A stretch of 64,000 nt of DNA from Candidatus Aldehydirespirator sp. (GTDB lineage Bacteria > Actinomycetota > Acidimicrobiia > Acidimicrobiales > Aldehydirespiratoraceae), in assembly GCA_965220645.1 (NCBI GenBank), contig OZ244836.1, positions 1,295,521 to 1,359,520 of the forward strand. Direction: 5' to 3'. The position numbers and the translations under genes are program-made. The notes beneath the pieces were generated by a model, which did no database searches, was not told the origin of the DNA, and saw nothing but the letters and a program-made list of their open reading frames with translations. Of the stretch, positions 9,359-16,936 are shown piece after piece; the first letter of the stretch is position 1, and the number at the start of each line of letters is the position of its first letter.

Positions 9359-9400
9359 ATTGTTCCCGCTCCTGTTCGCTTAGCTCACGGGCCGCTCGGG
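9359..9400. repeat. ~40-nt dispersed element, copy A
   Basis: ttcccgctcctgttcgcttagctcacgggccgctcggg matches 49273-49312 (ttcccgctcttgttcgcggccgctcacgggccgctcgg) apart from a few substitutions and a 1-nt indel. Confidence 0.7.
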
Positions 9401-10929
9401 CCACGGACTCGCTTCACGCCCCGCGAATTCGACGTCCGATTCGCGGCCTGTCCGCTCGGCCTCCTTGCCTCAGCGGCGGGCAGGGTCTTGTGGGGGTTCA
9501 TGATGCCTTGGGGGTCTAGGGCGTCCTTGACGGCCCGCATCAGGTCCCACTCGACGGCGGGCTTCTGGGGCCGGATGCGGTCCCGGAGGAGTTGGCCGAT
9601 GCCGTGCTCGGCGCTGAGCGTGCCGCCGAAGCGGAACGTGGCCTCGTCGATCCGCTCCTGCAGCGCGTCGCGCACGCCGAGAAACGGCGCCACCTGGTCG
9701 TCGCTGGTGGGCAGGACGTACAGGTGGATGTTCCCGTCTCCGACGTGGCCGAACCCGTAGGTCAACGCACCGGGTGCCAGCTCCGCGGCGATGCGGCGGA
9801 CCTCATCGTGGTAGCCCCCAAGGCTGTCAATGGGCACGGCGGTGTCGAGCTTGACGCCGTGCTCGTGCTGCGGCCACAGGAACATGGGCGACAACCCGTC
9901 GCGGATGGTCCATAGCCGTGACTCCTGGTCGTCGGTGACAGCCACGGCAGCGTCGGTGATCCACCCCTGCTCTGACGCCTCGGCCAGGAACGCGGCGAGC
10001 CGCTCGGAGACCTGCTCGGCCGAGGCCAGTCGCACCAGCACGTAGAACTCCTCGCGGGTGTCCAACGGCCGGGCCAGCGCAAGCTTCTCGCACACCCGGT
10101 CCAGACCCACCTCCGGGACCAGCTCGAAAGCGGTCACGTCGTTGCCGCACCGGGACGCGGCCAGCTCCAGCAGGGGCATGAGACGGTCGAGGCCAGAGAT
10201 CGCAGCCAGGGCGCTCTGGGTGTGTGGCGTGGCCGCATGCAGCCGCAGCACGGCTCGGGTCACCACCCCGAGGGTGCCTTCGGCGCCGATGAAGAGGTGC
10301 TTGAGGTCGTAGCCCGAGGAGTCCTTGCGCAACGCTCGCAGCCCGTCCCAGATCCGGCCGTCGGCCAGCACCGCTTCAAGGCCGAGCACGTTGTCGCGCA
10401 TGTTGCCGTAGCGCAGCACGTTGTTGCCGCCCGCGTCGGTCGAGATGGCCCCGCCGACGGTGGCGGTGCCCCTTGCCCCCCAGTCCGGCGCGAACAGGCG
10501 GTTCGCCGCGGTCGCGGCCCGCTGCACCGCCTCGATGGCGGCGCCGGCCTCGGCGGTGACCGTCCAGCGGTCGGGGTCCACCGACAGGACCCGGTTCATG
10601 CGGCTCATCGACAGCACGATCGACGGCATCTGCGAGCCCCGGCCGTCGCCTCCGGTGTCGGGAGGGGCCGAGGCATCGGAACGGCCCGCGACGGCGGGGA
10701 CCGCGCCCCCGGACATCCCCGTGTTGCCGCCCTGGGCCACGATGGCTACCCCGGACGACGCGCACGCCCGCACCACCATGGCGGCCTCCTCGACCGACGC
10801 CGGGCGCACTACAGCCAGCGCATCCCCGGTGAAGAGGCCCCGCTGGCCGGTCAGGTACGGCGCGGCATCGGGCCCGGTGAGAATCCCGGCTGGTCCGAGA
10901 TCAGAGCGGATGCCAGCCACGAACGTCAT
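9385..10929 (-). CDS. FAD-linked oxidase (GlcD / D-lactate dehydrogenase-like)
   Basis: 514 aa. FAD-binding PCMH-type N-terminal region (VVRPASVEEAAMVVRACASSGVAIVAQGGNTGMSGGAVP). The conserved C-terminal ...DPQGIMNPHK is followed by a ~30-aa tail that runs into repeat copy A. Confidence 0.85.
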   Translation of the reverse strand: MTFVAGIRSDLGPAGILTGPDAAPYLTGQRGLFTGDALAVVRPASVEEAAMVVRACASSGVAIVAQGGNTGMSGGAVPAVAGRSDASAPPDTGGDGRGSQMPSIVLSMSRMNRVLSVDPDRWTVTAEAGAAIEAVQRAATAANRLFAPDWGARGTATVGGAISTDAGGNNVLRYGNMRDNVLGLEAVLADGRIWDGLRALRKDSSGYDLKHLFIGAEGTLGVVTRAVLRLHAATPHTQSALAAISGLDRLMPLLELAASRCGNDVTAFELVPEVGLDRVCEKLALARPLDTREEFYVLVRLASAEQVSERLAAFLAEASEQGWITDAAVAVTDDQESRLWTIRDGLSPMFLWPQHEHGVKLDTAVPIDSLGGYHDEVRRIAAELAPGALTYGFGHVGDGNIHLYVLPTSDDQVAPFLGVRDALQERIDEATFRFGGTLSAEHGIGQLLRDRIRPQKPAVEWDLMRAVKDALDPQGIMNPHKTLPAAEARRPSGQAANRTSNSRGVKRVRGPSGP

Positions 10930-11034
10930 CGGCGGGCAACCCTAATCCTGAGTTCGCTCGCCTCCCGCCCGTGGTAAGCGAGGCACGGGCGCTGAGTCGC
11001 GGCTACGTCGGAGGCTCCGGTAGCTTCGGTGTCC

Positions 11035-11505
11035 ATGCTTGATGTGGGCTCACAGGCTCCCGATTTCGAAGCGCCCGACCAGCAGGGCAACACGGTGCAC
11101 CTCTCGGAACTACGGGGCAACTGGGTGGTGCTGTGGTGGTACCCCAAGGCCTCTACGGCCGGTTGAACCAAAGAGGGCAGGGGGTTCCGTGACCGAGCCC
11201 CGGAGTTCGAGGCGGCCGGCGCCGTCATTGTCGGAGCGTCGTTCGACACCGTGGAGGAGCAACGGGCCTTCGCCGATGCGGAGGGATTCCCGTACGCGCT
11301 GATCAGCGACACCGACAAGGCTGTCGGCCGCAGCTACGACGCCGAGCGCGGGCCGGGCGAGGACTACTACGACTGGGGCGTGCCCCGTCGTGTCAGCTAC
11401 CTGATCGATCCCGAGGGCCGGATCGCGGCGGCCTACGACCTCGCGGGCCAAGACCTAGCCGCCCACGCGGCCCAAGTCCTAGCCGACATCGCAGCCCGGT
11501 CCTGA
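11035..11505 (+). CDS. bcp: Bcp/PrxQ-type peroxiredoxin with in-frame TGA (candidate selenocysteine) at the peroxidatic Cys position
   Basis: From ATG 11035 the sequence reads MLDVGSQAPDFEAPDQQGNTVHLSELRGNWVVLWWYPKASTAG[TGA 11164-11166]TKEGRGFRD...FPYALISDTDKAVGRSY...VSYLIDPEGRI. The TGA aligns with the Cys of YPKxxTPGCTxE. The upstream and downstream parts are in the same frame. Confidence 0.75.
11181..11201 (+). promoter_or_regulatory. Candidate bacterial SECIS hairpin for the peroxiredoxin TGA
   Basis: GGGGUUC-CGUGACC-GAGCCCC forms a 7-bp stem (one G-U pair) with a 7-nt loop. It starts 14 nt after the UGA. Confidence 0.4.
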
Positions 11506-11560
11506 CGGCTTCCACCCCGTCCCGACAGCACGGAAACCCCTCACGCGGGGTCACCGGGGT

Positions 11561-12784
11561 TTAGGCGGCGTTGTCGTAGACGGCCTTCTCGAAGTCGAGG
11601 AACCCGACCACCGAAGTGGGGTCGGCGAAGGGGAAGATCTGGGTGGCCCAGAAGCCCCCTACCCCGTTGGCCCGGTCGATCCAGTAGTACAGGTTGGCGA
11701 GCCCCGCCCATGCCAGCGCGCCCGCGGGCCGGCCGGTGGGCGCATCCTCTTCGTTGATCATGAAGGAGAGCGCCCAAGTCTTGGGCATTCCTGGGAAGAA
11801 CTCGGCGTCGTTGGACAGGCGCGGGTTCGACACGGGAAGAACCGTCTTGGCCACCTCGGTGGCGCCGACGCCGGGCAGCATCTTGATGAACATGCCCTCG
11901 GGCAGGTGGTTCCGGCACGCCATCTCTACGGTCTCAGCCTTGAGGATCTGCTCGCCGTCGGGGCCGGCGCCGTCGTTGAGCCACATGCGGATGAACTTCG
12001 CGTAGTCCTCCGCCGTGCCGTAGAGGCCGTGGCCGGCCATGTGGATCTCCGGGTCGGGCGGCAGCTCCACGCCGGGCAGCGGAATCAGCGACCCGTCGGT
12101 GTCCTCTCGAGCGTGGATCGTCGCCAGGCGCTCACGCATCGCCGGAGTCATCGAGAACGCGGTCGAGTCCATGCCCAGCGGACCCAGCACCCGCTCATCG
12201 AGCACCTCGCCCAGCCGCTTGCCGGTGATGCCCTCCACCACCTGGCCGGCCCAGTCGATGTTGGAGCCGTAGTCCCACTGCTCGCCGGGGTCGAAGAGCA
12301 GGGGCGTCTCGATGGAGGCGTAGGAGGCATCCACCACCCACGGCTGGCCATGCTCGTTGGCCAACCTCGTGTAGGTCTCGTTGAAGAAGTCGTACGAGAG
12401 CCCCGCGGTGTGGGTGAGCAGCTGGCGGGTGGTGATGTCGCTGCGGGGCGGGCGCAGTCTGGGTGCTCCTTCGTCGTCGAACCCCTCGATCACACCGAGT
12501 CCGCCGATCCTCGGCACGTACTCCTTCGCCGGGGCGTCCAGGTCCAGATCGCCCTGCTCGACCAGCTGCAGGCAGGCGGTGCCGCCGATGGCCTTGGTGG
12601 TCGAGAAGATCGCGCACACCGTGTCGGTGGTGAAGGGATCGCCCCCGAGGACGCGCTCGCCCCGGGCGCCCGCATAGATGACGCCGTTGCGGTCGGTGGC
12701 GACCGCAGCAACGCCGGGCACGCGCGGCGACCCCGAGACAACACCATCCAATACCGCATCAGCGGCTGTACTGAGCTCACCCAT
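11561..12784 (-). CDS. Serine hydrolase, beta-lactamase/esterase (class C-like) family
   Basis: S-x-x-K motif (FSTTKAIGG). Start taken at ATG 12784 (MGELST...), preceded by GAGGAGAG. The longer ORF to 12940 would overlap the divergent ligJ start. Confidence 0.8.
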   Translation of the reverse strand: MGELSTAADAVLDGVVSGSPRVPGVAAVATDRNGVIYAGARGERVLGGDPFTTDTVCAIFSTTKAIGGTACLQLVEQGDLDLDAPAKEYVPRIGGLGVIEGFDDEGAPRLRPPRSDITTRQLLTHTAGLSYDFFNETYTRLANEHGQPWVVDASYASIETPLLFDPGEQWDYGSNIDWAGQVVEGITGKRLGEVLDERVLGPLGMDSTAFSMTPAMRERLATIHAREDTDGSLIPLPGVELPPDPEIHMAGHGLYGTAEDYAKFIRMWLNDGAGPDGEQILKAETVEMACRNHLPEGMFIKMLPGVGATEVAKTVLPVSNPRLSNDAEFFPGMPKTWALSFMINEEDAPTGRPAGALAWAGLANLYYWIDRANGVGGFWATQIFPFADPTSVVGFLDFEKAVYDNAA

Positions 12785-12932
12785 CACATCTCTCCTCTCT
12801 GTGACACAGATGTGAGGTCGAACTCTGTCACCACCTGCGCCTGCCCGTCCACTCGCCCAGCAGCCCGCACCCATGCGGGTCTCTCGCCATGATCCGTAGT
12901 ATGCGTCCGGCGCCGATCTGGAGAGGACGCCG

Positions 12933-13940
12933 GTGATCATCGACTGCCACGGCCACTACACCACCACCCCGCCCGCGGTGGGGGAGTGGCGCGAGGCTCA
13001 GAAGGCGGCCGTGGCCTCCGATCCGAGCCATGTCGGGTCCAAGGGCGAGTTCGTGGTCAGCGACGACGAGATCCGCGAGAGCCTGGAGGGCGCCCAGCTC
13101 GCCCTCCAGCGACAGCGGGGCACCGACCTGACGATCTTCTCGCCCCGGGCCAGTTGGATGGGCCACCACATCGGCAATGAGCACACCTCCAAGTTCTGGT
13201 CCCAGCACCAGAACGAGTTGATACGGCGGGTGTGCGACCTGTACCCGTCCCACTTCGCCCCGGTGGCCCAGTTGCCGCAGTCTCCAGGCGCGCCCATCGA
13301 CGCCTCGGTGCGGGAGCTGCGACGCTGCACCGAGGAGATGGGCTTCGTCGGGTGCAACGTCAATCCCGACCCGAGCGGCGGGCACTGGAGCGGGCCGCCC
13401 CTTCCGGACCGCTACTGGTGGCCGCTGTGGGAGACGATGTGCGAACTCGACGTGCCCGCCATGGTCCACGTGAGCGCGTCGTGCAACGAGCATTTTCACA
13501 CCACCGGCTCGCACTACCTTGGCGCCGATACGACCGCCTTCATGCAGGCGTTGACGTCGGGGTTCGTTCACGACTTCGAAGGGCTGCGCCTGGTGATCCC
13601 CCACGGAGGGGGAGCGGTGCCCTACCACTGGGGGAGGTTCAAGGGCATGGCCCAGGACTCCGGCTGGGACTTCGACGGGTTGCTGGAGCGCATCTGGTTC
13701 GACACATGCGTGTACCACCAGCGTGGCATCGACCTGCTCGTCGACGTCGTGCCCGCGGACAACATCTTGTTCGCGTCGGAGATGGTCGGCGCGGTGCGCG
13801 GCGTCGATCCCGCTACCGGCCACCACTACGACGACACCCGGCGCTACATCGACAATGCCGACCTCGACGAGGCGGCTCGGGCCAAGATCTTCGAGGGGAA
13901 CGCCCGCCGCGTCTATCCCCGACTGAAGGTGCATCAATGA
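12933..13940 (+). CDS. ligJ: Amidohydrolase-2 family enzyme, 4-oxalomesaconate hydratase-like
   Basis: 335 aa. N-terminus [11 protein letters not shown] is as I recall for LigJ-type hydratases. Adjacent to ligK-, ligI- and PrpF-like genes. Confidence 0.75.
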   Translation: MIIDCHGHYTTTPPAVGEWREAQKAAVASDPSHVGSKGEFVVSDDEIRESLEGAQLALQRQRGTDLTIFSPRASWMGHHIGNEHTSKFWSQHQNELIRRVCDLYPSHFAPVAQLPQSPGAPIDASVRELRRCTEEMGFVGCNVNPDPSGGHWSGPPLPDRYWWPLWETMCELDVPAMVHVSASCNEHFHTTGSHYLGADTTAFMQALTSGFVHDFEGLRLVIPHGGGAVPYHWGRFKGMAQDSGWDFDGLLERIWFDTCVYHQRGIDLLVDVVPADNILFASEMVGAVRGVDPATGHHYDDTRRYIDNADLDEAARAKIFEGNARRVYPRLKVHQ

Positions 13941-14057
13941 GCTACCGCGGCCCCGACTGGAGGTGCATCAATGAGTAACCGCGGCCCCGACTGGAGGTGC
14001 ATCAATGAGCTACCGCGGCCCCGACTGGAGGTGCATCAATGAGTAACCGCGGCCGCC
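13922..14057. repeat. 34-bp tandem repeat x4 (A-B-A-B) spanning the ligJ stop and ligK start
   Basis: The copies lie at 13922-13955, 13956-13989, 13990-14023 and 14024-14057, with unit actg(a/g)aggtgcatcaatgag(ct/ta)accgcggcc(ccg/gcc). Each copy carries GGAGGTG plus an ATGA start/stop overlap. Confidence 0.92.
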
Positions 14058-14749
14058 CGGTGGTGGTGCGCAAAGTGGAACGCACCGACCCGTCGATAGT
14101 CGACGCCCTGGCGCCGATGGGCACCGCCACCGTGCACGAGTCCATCGGTCGGCGGGGCTTCCTCGGTCCTGACATCCGCCCCATCGAGTCCGGCACCCGC
14201 ACCGCGGGCACGGCGGTGACCGCGCTGTGCCATTCCGGCGACAACCTGATGATCCACGCGGCGGTCGAGACCTGCCGGCCGGGCGACATCCTGGTCGTGG
14301 CCGTGACCGCGCCCTCGTCCCACGGCTTCTTCGGAGAACTGCTGGGCACCTCGCTTCAGGCTCGGGGAGTACGGGGCCTGGTGATCGACGCCGGCGTGCG
14401 CGACACGGCCGAGCTGCGGGCCATGGGCTTCGCGGCGTGGAGCCGGCACGTTTCCTGCCAGGGGACTGTCAAGGCCACACCGGGCTCTGTGAACGTGCCC
14501 GTCGTCATCGGCGGCCACCTCGTCAGCCCGGGCGACGTCGTGTGCGCCGACGACGACGGTGTGGTGGTGGTGGCCCGCTCGGAGGCGGCTTGGGCGCTGG
14601 AGATGTGCCGCCAGCGGCTGGCCGCCGAGGAGGAGGTGCGGGCCCGCCTGGCCGCAGGCGAGCTGGGTCTGGACATGCACGGCCTGCGCCAGAAGCTGGT
14701 CGAGATGGGCGTCGACTGGGTGGACACGCTCGACGACCTGCACGGCTGA
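14039..14749 (+). CDS. ligK: RraA-family 4-carboxy-4-hydroxy-2-oxoadipate aldolase / oxaloacetate decarboxylase-like
   Basis: 236 aa with RraA-like features (GTATVHESIGRRGFL, GDILVVAV, GELL). Gene context supports the call. Confidence 0.75.
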   Translation: MSNRGRPVVVRKVERTDPSIVDALAPMGTATVHESIGRRGFLGPDIRPIESGTRTAGTAVTALCHSGDNLMIHAAVETCRPGDILVVAVTAPSSHGFFGELLGTSLQARGVRGLVIDAGVRDTAELRAMGFAAWSRHVSCQGTVKATPGSVNVPVVIGGHLVSPGDVVCADDDGVVVVARSEAAWALEMCRQRLAAEEEVRARLAAGELGLDMHGLRQKLVEMGVDWVDTLDDLHG

Positions 14750-14834
14750 GACGGGGTCAGGCCGGGCTGGAAACTGCTCACCGGATTCGACGCGCCGAAC
14801 GGGCTGGATCTAGCCTCCGGCCGACCTGCGAGGC

Positions 14835-15704
14835 TCAGTCGAAGTCGTAGAGGCGCTGCGGGTTGTCGACCAGGATCCGGCTGCGGTCGGCCTCGTCGGG
14901 GGCGAACACGGCCAGCAGGTCCACCAAGTCCCCGTCGTCGGGCATGTGGCGCACATTGGGATGGGGCCAGTCGGTGCCCCACAGGACCCGGTCGCCGGCC
15001 TCGGCGATCAGCGCCCGGGCCAGGGGTGCCACGTCGTCGTAGGGAGGGCGCCCACCGGCGGTGAGCCGCTCCGCGCCCGAGATCTTTACCCAGGCCCTCT
15101 CGTTGCCCATCAGAGCCAGCAGCGCGGCGAAGGATGGCTGCCCTAGGCCCCCGGCTGCCGGGACCCGAGCCATGTGGTCGATGATGAACGGGCACGGAAG
15201 CCCCAGCAGCACCCCCGCGAAGCCGGGCAGGTCGGAGGCGTCGAGGTGCACCACCATGTGCCAGCCCCGCGGCGCCACCCTCCGAGCCGTGCGCTCGAAG
15301 GCCCCAATGTCGCCTCCCCCGAGGTGCCTCACGAAGTTGAATCGGGCTCCGCGCACGCCGGCGTCGTGCAGGCGGTCGATCTCCGCTTCGCTGCAGGCCT
15401 CGTCGATCATGGCCACCCCGGCGTACCGTCCCCGAGCTCGCTCGAGCGCGTCGACCATGGCCGAGTTGTCGGTTCCGTGGCAGCTGGCCTGCACCAGCAC
15501 GGCCCGGCTCAGCCCCATGCGCGCGTGGAGTGCTGCAAGCTGCTCGGCACCAGCGTCGGGCGGCGTGTACGAGCGGCCGACCGCGAACGGGAAACGGCTC
15601 GCCGGACCGAACACATGGCAGTGGGCGTCACAGGCATCCGGCGGCGGCGTGAACGCTGCGGGAGGGTGCGGATCGGGATGGGGCGGCGGGATCGTCGGCT
15701 TCAC
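14835..15704 (-). CDS. ligI: Amidohydrolase-2 family enzyme, 2-pyrone-4,6-dicarboxylate lactonase-like
   Basis: 289 aa. Metal-site-like region CDAHCHVFGP and C-terminal WGTDWPHP. Gene context supports the call. Confidence 0.65.
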   Translation of the reverse strand: MKPTIPPPHPDPHPPAAFTPPPDACDAHCHVFGPASRFPFAVGRSYTPPDAGAEQLAALHARMGLSRAVLVQASCHGTDNSAMVDALERARGRYAGVAMIDEACSEAEIDRLHDAGVRGARFNFVRHLGGGDIGAFERTARRVAPRGWHMVVHLDASDLPGFAGVLLGLPCPFIIDHMARVPAAGGLGQPSFAALLALMGNERAWVKISGAERLTAGGRPPYDDVAPLARALIAEAGDRVLWGTDWPHPNVRHMPDDGDLVDLLAVFAPDEADRSRILVDNPQRLYDFD

Positions 15705-15728
15705 TGTTGGCGGTACCGTGCTCCCGGC

Positions 15729-16874
15729 TCAGTAGGGCCGGGGGAAGACCACGCCGTCGAACAGCTTCCGGGTGGTGCGGATGATGCCGGCCCGCTGGAC
15801 CGCAGGCCTCCCGTCAGTCCCGGTGGTGAGGGCCACCGCGGCATCGAAGGTGCCGGTGGGGTGCTCCAGAGTGACGATGCGGTCGATTCTCGAGGTCTCA
15901 ACTGATCGCGGGTCTCGACCGGTGCGGGGGAGCAGCATCCCGTGGCCTACAGATCCGGGGATCAGGGCGGCGGTGGCGACCGACACCGCCCCGAGCACAC
16001 CGATCGCCTCATGGCACCGATGTGGGATGAAGGTCCGGGTGCAGATGTCGCCGGCCGCGGTTCGGGGAGGGGCCACCAGAGTCATCTTGGGCACGGTTGA
16101 CGCCGACACGTCACCCAGGCCCATGAGGGGACCGGCCACCAGTCGCGCCTGTTCGATCCGGCCTTGCAGAACAGCATCGGTCTCCAGGACGGCGCAATCC
16201 TCATAGCCCGTGACGTCCAGGTCGGCTGCCCTCATCACCACGGTGGGCATGCCGTTGTCGATGAGGGTGCAGTCGATCCCCGTCACGGAGTCGACGAGGC
16301 TGCCGGTGGGCAGCAGGGCGCCGCAGGAGCCGCCGGCGATGTCCTCGAAGTCGAGTCGCACCGGGGCCGCCGTGCCGGGAACGCCGTCGATGGAGGTCGG
16401 GCCCGAGTAGTCGGGCATGCCGCCTCGCATCGGGAAGGTCGCAGTCGCCACCGATCCGGTGTTGACCATGTGGATCCGCACCGTCGCCTCGGTTCCGTCC
16501 GGCGCGACCAGGCCGCGCTCCACTGCGAACGGCCCGACACCGGCCAGCATGTTTCCGCAGTTCTGGGCGTCGCTCACTAAGGGTTCGTCCACTGACGGCT
16601 GAAGGAACAGGTAGTCCACGTCGGCGTCCGGCCTGGTCGCCGGACCCACCACGGCCACCTTGGTGGTGAGCACGTGGGCTCCGCCGATGCCGTCGATCTG
16701 TCGAGGGTCGGGCGAGCCGACGATGCGCAAGATGAGGTCGTCGCGTTGGGAGGGGTCTGCGGGCAGGTCCTCGCCGTGGAAGTAGGCGCCCTTCGACGTT
16801 CCCCCGCGCATCAACATGCACGGCACGCCGTTACTCACGGGCCCAGTGTGCCCGCGCTGCGCCCCGATGGCCAA
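15729..16874 (-). CDS. PrpF-superfamily isomerase (4-oxalomesaconate tautomerase / LigU-GalD-like)
   Basis: 381 aa with the PrpF hallmark PCMLMRGGTSKGAYF. The exact start is uncertain. Confidence 0.8.
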   Translation of the reverse strand: MAIGAQRGHTGPVSNGVPCMLMRGGTSKGAYFHGEDLPADPSQRDDLILRIVGSPDPRQIDGIGGAHVLTTKVAVVGPATRPDADVDYLFLQPSVDEPLVSDAQNCGNMLAGVGPFAVERGLVAPDGTEATVRIHMVNTGSVATATFPMRGGMPDYSGPTSIDGVPGTAAPVRLDFEDIAGGSCGALLPTGSLVDSVTGIDCTLIDNGMPTVVMRAADLDVTGYEDCAVLETDAVLQGRIEQARLVAGPLMGLGDVSASTVPKMTLVAPPRTAAGDICTRTFIPHRCHEAIGVLGAVSVATAALIPGSVGHGMLLPRTGRDPRSVETSRIDRIVTLEHPTGTFDAAVALTTGTDGRPAVQRAGIIRTTRKLFDGVVFPRPY

Positions 16875-16936
16875 GGGGCGATGCTCGGTCCGGGAGTTGA
16901 ACGGGTCGTTCGCCTAGCCCGTATAGGTTCGCGGCC

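Noticed and set aside
10966-10991. 8-bp hairpin CGCCCGTG-N10-CACGGGCG in the divergent region upstream of the peroxiredoxin gene.
   Set aside because: A short GC-rich stem of this size is expected by chance in GC-rich DNA. There is no supporting feature such as a repeat, conservation or a positional signal.
11164-11166. Alternative explanation for the in-frame TGAs: a genetic code with TGA reassigned to Trp or Gly.
   Set aside because: Many confidently called genes in the window terminate at TGA at the expected protein ends (for example ilvB, ilvN, ligJ and the thiolase). Both internal TGAs fall specifically on redox-Cys positions. Selenocysteine, or failing that a nonsense mutation, fits better than a global reassignment.
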